Source of the DNA: a virus
Taxonomy: Duplodnaviria; Caudoviricetes
IMG/VR virus record: IMGVR_UViG_3300033402_000027
Location: 1 to 41,254 of that record
Reading direction: 5' to 3' (one strand)
Length of the DNA: 41,254 nucleotides
A model generated the notes under the pieces. The model saw only the letters and a program-made list of their open reading frames with translations, ran no database searches and was not told the origin of the DNA. Below are positions 35,735 through 41,254 of the stretch, in pieces. Each line of letters starts with the position of its first letter. Within the stretch, counting starts at the first letter, position 1. A program made the translations under genes and the position numbers.

Positions 35735-35805
35735 GGTAAACTTCTAATCAGGCCCTGCAGACGCGAATGGTATGGTCCATTACGAAAAAGGATTAAGATT
35801 CCAAG

Positions 35806-36480
35806 ATGGCCACCAGATTCACGGTACTCAGCACTGGATTCAAAGTCCCTGCAGACATTCGCAAGAAATGCTTGACGAGTGTGGCTCGTCAATTCAGACC
35901 GCCGTTAGGTCCGGAATTTGATCACATCTATATTGATGCAGCCGAACAAGCGACACCAAAAAGTCACTTCGAAAATTTGGTGGACGTCATCAACAAATTA
36001 CCTGATGATAGGATTGTAGCAAGTTTAGATGCAGATGATTGGCTAGGACCACCGAATGCTTTATGCACAGTAGCTCGTTATTTTGCAGCAGGCGCGCAGG
36101 TAACCTACGGGAGTTTCATGTTTGCAGATGGGCGTAAAGGTCAACCAAATGCACCTTATTATCCAGGTGAGAATATTCGTCAGGTCCCGTGGAAGGCCAC
36201 CCATATGAAATGTTTCCGTGCGGGACTCTTCAAGCGAATCTCACACGACCATTTGAAATTGCCTTCGGGAGAATGGATCCCACATGCGCGAGACCTTGCA
36301 CTGATGTTTCCTATGCTCGAAATGGCAGGTCCTGACCGAGTGGCACATGTGAATGAAGTTATTTATGTATATAATTTCGCCACGTCCACAGAATTCACGG
36401 GTGATGAAGAAATGCGAAAAGCTGAGAGAGAATGCGTGAAATATGTGAGATCTCTTCCGCCATATGAGAGGGTCCGATGA
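35806..36480 (+). CDS. GT2-like glycosyltransferase
   Basis: KCLTSVARQ, IYIDA, SLDADDWL, DLALMFPMLEMAG, IYVYN. Confidence 0.85.
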   Translation: MATRFTVLSTGFKVPADIRKKCLTSVARQFRPPLGPEFDHIYIDAAEQATPKSHFENLVDVINKLPDDRIVASLDADDWLGPPNALCTVARYFAAGAQVTYGSFMFADGRKGQPNAPYYPGENIRQVPWKATHMKCFRAGLFKRISHDHLKLPSGEWIPHARDLALMFPMLEMAGPDRVAHVNEVIYVYNFATSTEFTGDEEMRKAERECVKYVRSLPPYERVR

Positions 36481-37325
36481 AAATCGTTGTTGCGCACGCC
36501 TCGTGGATCCCCGAGAGGCGCGAGAGTCTGAAAAAACTGGTCGATCTTCTCAAAGAAGACGTGGTAGTGAGTGCATCAGAGGGACCCGAACATGCGAGCA
36601 TCTGGGCGCGTGGAGTGTGGGAATGGGCGGCCCGTCAGAACGAACACGTTTGCATTTTGAATGATGACGTGCTCGTGCACCCGGAATTTCGCAAGATTTG
36701 CGAAGCCATGATCGAGGCAATTCCTGACGAATGCTTGTCCCTGCACACAAATATCCTAGGTGCAGCAGCTGAAAGCATGCTCGGGCATCATTGGGTCAGA
36801 TGCTATTGGTACACAGGCCCGGCGGTGATTCTGCCCCCAGAGCGCGTGAAAAGTCTGCTTGAATGGGTATATCAAACCCCCTGGTATTTCCTCTCTCACA
36901 ACAATGAGGACAACGTAGCTATCCATTGGGCGTGGGCGGAACAAAGACCATTCTATTGCGCAATCCCTGCGCCAGTGGTGCACGACACGACGGTTAAATC
37001 CACGCTGGGATACGACGATCATCCCTTTAGAGTTCCGCTAGTCCCGTGGGGGGACCCGCAATGGGCGGGAGCTCCATTGACGGAGAAAAAATGGTGGGAA
37101 GTCGGAGGACCGCCGCCGTGCGTGCCGAACCCGTGGATGCCAGCTCAAAAACTCGAGTACATGCGACGAATTCTGACGGATCCTGACGCGCAGCTTTGCT
37201 CATTTTGCATGGAAAGACAGGGAATCGTAAGTTCGAGCACGAACCCGAAAGCACCGAGACTCTGCCATCTATGCATCGTGAAAATGTACTCGGCAGCCGT
37301 TACGCAAGGGCAGGTGAAGAAATGA
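36477..37325 (+). CDS. GT-A-like glycosyltransferase with C-terminal C4 Zn finger
   Basis: HVCILNDDVL, GPAVILP, ED, PAPVVH; CSFC...CHLC. Confidence 0.62.
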   Translation: MKIVVAHASWIPERRESLKKLVDLLKEDVVVSASEGPEHASIWARGVWEWAARQNEHVCILNDDVLVHPEFRKICEAMIEAIPDECLSLHTNILGAAAESMLGHHWVRCYWYTGPAVILPPERVKSLLEWVYQTPWYFLSHNNEDNVAIHWAWAEQRPFYCAIPAPVVHDTTVKSTLGYDDHPFRVPLVPWGDPQWAGAPLTEKKWWEVGGPPPCVPNPWMPAQKLEYMRRILTDPDAQLCSFCMERQGIVSSSTNPKAPRLCHLCIVKMYSAAVTQGQVKK

Positions 37326-37669
37326 AAATTCGACTGATGCGAGGCCAAGTGGTGGTGAGGGAAGTCACGAGGGCCCGAAGTTCACTACTTTGGACGCCAG
37401 ACCCCACCGCAAGACAACAGAAGACACATACGGGCGTCGTTCTGGGATTAGGACCACCTGCTAGGCTTACCGATCATCCGAATTCGCCGGAAGTATTTCA
37501 CGGCTTTCAGGTGGGGGATATTGTGCAATACCATTTCACATCCCATCAAGAAGCAGCTACGCGCGAATGGACAGATGGGAAACCGGCGACATGGATCCCG
37601 CAAATGAACGTGGATTGTGTGTGGGAAAGTGAACGGCATGAAGTGGAATATAGCTACAATGACACTTGA
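37322..37669 (+). CDS. groES: GroES/Cpn10-like co-chaperonin
   Basis: MKIRLMRGQVVV, LLWTPD loop, GVVLGLGP, FQVGDIVQY; ATGA overlap at 37322. Confidence 0.75.
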   Translation: MKIRLMRGQVVVREVTRARSSLLWTPDPTARQQKTHTGVVLGLGPPARLTDHPNSPEVFHGFQVGDIVQYHFTSHQEAATREWTDGKPATWIPQMNVDCVWESERHEVEYSYNDT

Positions 37670-37678
37670 GGAGACCCT

Positions 37679-38062
37679 ATGAAAGCAGGAATTTATTGCG
37701 CGCTAACAGCGCTTTTGGCGGAAACGGAGGAAGAGCTCTTCAACACGAGTGTGCCGAGCGGGTGTCGCGTGCAAGTGCGTGACGTGGCCGGCTTGCGAAA
37801 AGTTGTTGCGCACTGGGCGCCCGAGAGCCCGCAAATTTCGCCGGATTTTCCTTCGAGCGAGGCGATGGCGCTGAAGATTATGGAAGCGGCGGATAAACTA
37901 CCGGGTGAAATTGAGGCCTTCCAAATTGCGATGGCGGCGATTCGAGCGCGGGACCTGCAATGGGTAGAAGCGCTCAGGGCCGGAAATGAGAAAACTGCGG
38001 TTGCACAAACCGAATATTGGGTCCGATTCGGGAGAAACTGCATTGAAACGGGGCATCACTGA
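37679..38062 (+). CDS. Hypothetical protein
   Basis: GAGGAG RBS; lies in the operon. Confidence 0.7.
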   Translation: MKAGIYCALTALLAETEEELFNTSVPSGCRVQVRDVAGLRKVVAHWAPESPQISPDFPSSEAMALKIMEAADKLPGEIEAFQIAMAAIRARDLQWVEALRAGNEKTAVAQTEYWVRFGRNCIETGHH

Positions 38063-38070
38063 GGAAAGAA

Positions 38071-38784
38071 ATGGCGAAAATGAAATTGGTGATTGCGACG
38101 CCGGTTAGAGCGGCTGAAATGGGGGCGGCGTCAGTGAGTCTGGGCTATGCGGAGATGCTCAACAAGATCTTCCGCCTTTTGCCGACGAGCGAAACGCTGG
38201 CGGGATCCATTACGTTCTCGTGTGACATCGTGAGAGGAAGAAACCGGATTGCGGCCAAAATTTTACGCGAGATTCCGGAGGCCACACATGTGCTGTGGGT
38301 GGATGACGATCAATGGTGTGAAGACGTAAACATTATTACGGAAATGATGAATTTGGGAGTGGATGTGGTGGGTGCGCCATATACGAACAAAAGGCAACCG
38401 CTTCATTGGGTGCATCGGAATTTGACGCCGCAAGCGTGCATGGCGGGGGACCTGTTGGAAGTGGCGGGTGTGGGATTTGGTTTCACGTTGACGAGCGTGA
38501 GTTGCCTGAAGCGCATGAGTGAAGTTGAGAGAAAATATACTGATCATCCAAATCCACATAAGGTCGCAAACATCTTCGGACATTTATTCGATCATCCGCT
38601 GCTGGAAAAGGGTGTGGCGATTAAAGAGGAAGATCAAGCGCTTTTGAGTGAAGATTATTCATTTTGCGTGCGAGCGAGAAAGCTCGGAATTCCTATTCAT
38701 ATTTACGTGAAAGGCGGGATTGTTTATCATGCGGGATCCCACGCGTGGACGGCCCGTGAAATGCCGGGTGGGGTGATCGGGTGA
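38071..38784 (+). CDS. GT-A-fold glycosyltransferase-like protein
   Basis: VIATP, RGRNRI, THVLWVDDD, VVGAPY, GFGFTL, SEDYSFC. Confidence 0.82.
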   Translation: MAKMKLVIATPVRAAEMGAASVSLGYAEMLNKIFRLLPTSETLAGSITFSCDIVRGRNRIAAKILREIPEATHVLWVDDDQWCEDVNIITEMMNLGVDVVGAPYTNKRQPLHWVHRNLTPQACMAGDLLEVAGVGFGFTLTSVSCLKRMSEVERKYTDHPNPHKVANIFGHLFDHPLLEKGVAIKEEDQALLSEDYSFCVRARKLGIPIHIYVKGGIVYHAGSHAWTAREMPGGVIG

Positions 38785-38804
38785 TGGGGTGATAGGAATA
38801 TGAG

Positions 38805-39540
38805 ATGGTGAGGCAACAAATTCCGATTCAATCTATTTGGATAGGCGACAAACTGAGCCGAATGGAACGCCTAGTCATTAGGTCATATCTTAGGTTTGGT
38901 CATTCCTTCAGGCTCTATACGTATGGGAAAGTAGAGAATGTGCCGAGTGGGACAGAGGTGCTGGACGGCGCAGAAATTCTTCCACCCAGCAGGATCTTCC
39001 GAAGTTCAAATGGGGCGGTTGGAGATTTCGCAAACCTGTTCAAATATTATGTGCTTCGAGATTTTGGGGGCTGTTGGACGGAAATGGATGAGGTATGCCT
39101 GCGCCCGTGGGATCTTCGTTTTCTAGGGGGATTCATTAGCTCAGAGGCTACGGAAGATGGTGGCGCAATAATTGATCAGGCAGCTATATGTATTGAGCCC
39201 GGACATGCGCTAATGCGAGGATTAGTAGATCAGTGAGAAATTCCTGAGGGATAACAAAGACCAACCCTTCGAATGGGGAACGTTCGGAGTCCCACAATTT
39301 GCGAAAGCAGTCAAAGCAGCGAGATTGGAAGACCGCGTACTTCCTCCAAATATCTTCTGCCCACTCCCGTGGTGGGAAGCGGAGAAACTATTAGGCCCAG
39401 GAGAAATCTCCAAGAACGCATTTGGAATACAATTATGGAATGAAGCGTGGCGTCGGAACGGATGGGATAAAGACAAAGCCCCACCGGGAAGCATGTACGC
39501 GAAATTGCTATGGGAAATTTGCATGCGGAGCGAACCCTGA
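38805..39540 (+). pseudogene. GT32-like (DxD sugar-binding + alpha-1,4-GT C-terminal domain) glycosyltransferase split by a frameshift at ~39234
   Basis: QSIWIG..LSRMERL.IRSY, GGCWTEMD; the next frame continues EKFL...WGTFG...FCPLPWW...QLWNEAWRR. Confidence 0.78.
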
Positions 39541-39541
39541 A

Positions 39542-40117
39542 TCAAATAGAGCGACCGCAATGATACCTAACTGTTGGATACGGAATTCCCATGGCCTGTG
39601 AAATCTGATACATATTATATCCGGATTCGTATAACTCTTGAATCCGCGTTTTCAATTCAAGAGTCGTCCATCTGTTTCGCCGTGGAAGCTCCCAAAGCTT
39701 AAATAATTTCCAAAATGAGGTGCTAGAAATTCCGAATTTTTTACAAATTTCAGGTACATACATTCCTTCAGCCCATATTTCTTCGAATTCCGTACGATTC
39801 ACTCTCTCTTCAATTCGAGAACCGTTTGGCGATCGGCCCCGTTCAAACATATCATCCACATTTCTTTGTGGAGTACCAGCATATAGATGTTCGGGCAGGA
39901 AACACGGGGGATTATCACAACGATGGAGAATATTTGGTTTATCTGGAGGTGGAGGACCGAAAGTCACCAGATATGCCACCCGATGGACATAAGTCTCTTT
40001 GCCTAAATATCCACATTTCCCATAATTCTTCTTGAATCGGCGGCCAGACCATTCCAAACATCCGGGTTTGACCGGCACGGGAAGATGACGGGCGAAGAAT
40101 TTCTCTTGGTCAAACAC
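39542..40117 (-). CDS. HNH homing endonuclease with C-terminal HTH-like region
   Basis: CLEWSG, NYG, HRVAY, LHRCDNPPC, HL..GT...N..DM. Confidence 0.88.
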   Translation of the reverse strand: MFDQEKFFARHLPVPVKPGCLEWSGRRFKKNYGKCGYLGKETYVHRVAYLVTFGPPPPDKPNILHRCDNPPCFLPEHLYAGTPQRNVDDMFERGRSPNGSRIEERVNRTEFEEIWAEGMYVPEICKKFGISSTSFWKLFKLWELPRRNRWTTLELKTRIQELYESGYNMYQISQAMGIPYPTVRYHCGRSI

Positions 40118-40131
40118 TCCCTACATTACAT

Positions 40132-40207
40132 CGGGAATAGGATACTACACATATTAAAACCCGAGCGGGAATAGGATACTACACATATTAAAACCCGAGC
40201 GGGAATA
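40132..40207. repeat. 34-bp tandem duplication CGGGAATAGGATACTACACATATTAAAACCCGAG x2 + 8 bp
   Basis: Read directly. Confidence 0.95.
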
Positions 40208-40320
40208 TCCAGTACAGTGCCAGTTTTCGTTTCGATGATCTTGATGCCGGATTAGTATTGCGGCGCATTATAGCCCATCATTTTCAAGGGCATGGTTGCC
40301 TGTAGGCTCTGTAAATTTTG

Positions 40321-41073
40321 TTATGACGCGGTTTCTGGGATATCCCCTAATACCTTGTTGAGGGCATCCCTGAGGGCGATCATTTCTTCGCGCGAGTATA
40401 GCGCCAGCCCCAGCGTTCGCCATCTCTGGCCAAAGAAATCGTAATGAACGCACATATGTAGATACTCAAAGTCTTCATATTTCTTGAGCGATATCACCAG
40501 CTCCGAACCATTATCCTTGAGCTTCCTTGATGGTGCGTCGTGTCTCACGCGGGCCACCTCGATGCTGGTAGCTTGAGTGACATTGAGGCCCGCCTCGCGC
40601 TTACGACGGGGCTCTCCTGGGGCCTGTACTGCCTCGAGCCTTGGCTCAATAATCTCCCCATCCTGAGAAATCCATTGAGCGGGGTCCCATTCAAAAATGA
40701 TGTCGAACCAGGATGCCGTTCGATGCCTCTTGTCTTCAGGAGGGGCTGGTACGCAGGCGTAAATCTGCTCATATCGCCACGTAATTGGGCTGTCAGGGCT
40801 GTCATCCATCCCGAGCCATTTAGCCACCACATCACGCGGGCACTTGAACGCGCCCTGCAGATTGTCGAGGTCCATCGCCTCCGTCCCATGACGCCTAAAA
40901 ATCACCTGCACTGCAATTTGAGGAGGTTGTTCAAGAGCCCGTAATGCCTCTCGAACCGCTGCTTGCTCCCTCTTGATACGTCCAATTCGACCCCCTCTGG
41001 TCTGGAGGTACTGCTTATTGGTAGATATAACCCTGCAATGAACTGCAACCTCTACTCTTGAGGGGTATTCCAT
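40321..41073 (-). CDS. RusA-like resolvase domain fused to a PC4-like C-terminal domain
   Basis: MDLDNLQGAFKCPRD...LGMDDS (RusA-type acidic and Lys residues); ELVISLKKYEDFEYLHM...GLAL..EEMIALRDAL (PC4-like). Confidence 0.65.
   Translation of the reverse strand: MEYPSRVEVAVHCRVISTNKQYLQTRGGRIGRIKREQAAVREALRALEQPPQIAVQVIFRRHGTEAMDLDNLQGAFKCPRDVVAKWLGMDDSPDSPITWRYEQIYACVPAPPEDKRHRTASWFDIIFEWDPAQWISQDGEIIEPRLEAVQAPGEPRRKREAGLNVTQATSIEVARVRHDAPSRKLKDNGSELVISLKKYEDFEYLHMCVHYDFFGQRWRTLGLALYSREEMIALRDALNKVLGDIPETAS
40430..40480. repeat. Coding-region copy of the 51-bp direct repeat
   Basis: Identical to 618-668; encodes YEDFEYLHMCVHYDFFG on the minus strand. Confidence 0.95.
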
Positions 41074-41127
41074 ATGTTTCTTGGAGCCCGTAGAAAAGGC
41101 TCAAAAGTCAGCGATGCATACCAAAGG

Positions 41128-41254
41128 TATGAAGAGCTAGTATTTCCTATGAAGAGCTAGTATTTCCTATGAAGAGCTAGTATTTCCTATGAAGAGCTAG
41201 TATTTCCTATGAAGAGCTAGTATTTCCTATGAAGAGCTAGTATTTCCTATGAAG
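41128..41254. repeat. Tandem array A at the right end (127 bp)
   Basis: Same 20-bp unit as 1-127; 41118-41147 is also identical to 143-172. Confidence 0.98.

Noticed and set aside
39234-39236. TGA readthrough or alternative genetic code
   Set aside because: The continuation is in a different frame, and TAA, TAG and TGA all end genes normally elsewhere.

Overview
This looks like an essentially complete ~41 kb tailed-phage genome with a contractile tail. It is probably circular or circularly permuted and broken inside a 20-bp tandem array present at both ends. The layout has five parts. (1) 41118-41254 plus 1-750: non-coding putative origin/control region with stuttered tandem repeats, six GGGTCC...GGACCC palindromes, and a 51-bp exact copy of part of a nearby gene held between inverted repeats. 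(2) 757-6528 (+): two RHH-like regulators, a RepA/AAA_25 helicase, small Zn-finger proteins (several sharing a C-terminal E-[VIL]-[ML]-x-S-stop tag), a Ser/Gly-rich lipoprotein and a truncated PII-like protein. (3) 35734 to 6513 (-): morphogenesis operon with TerL, Mu-like portal, S49 protease/scaffold, gpT-like capsid, adaptor, RcGTA-like head-spike base, sheath, tube, frameshifted chaperone, tape measure, baseplate, fibres and a 1288-aa collagen-like protein. It also carries two intact Endo VII-type genes and one internally deleted one. (4) 35806-39540 (+): four glycosyltransferase-like genes (one frameshifted) and a GroES-like gene. (5) 39542-41073 (-): an HNH endonuclease and a RusA-like/PC4-like fusion. 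I could not recognise an integrase, DNA polymerase, primase, small terminase, endolysin, tRNA or CRISPR array. The lipoprotein style weakly suggests a myxobacterial host. All family assignments come from motif recognition by eye, with no database searches.
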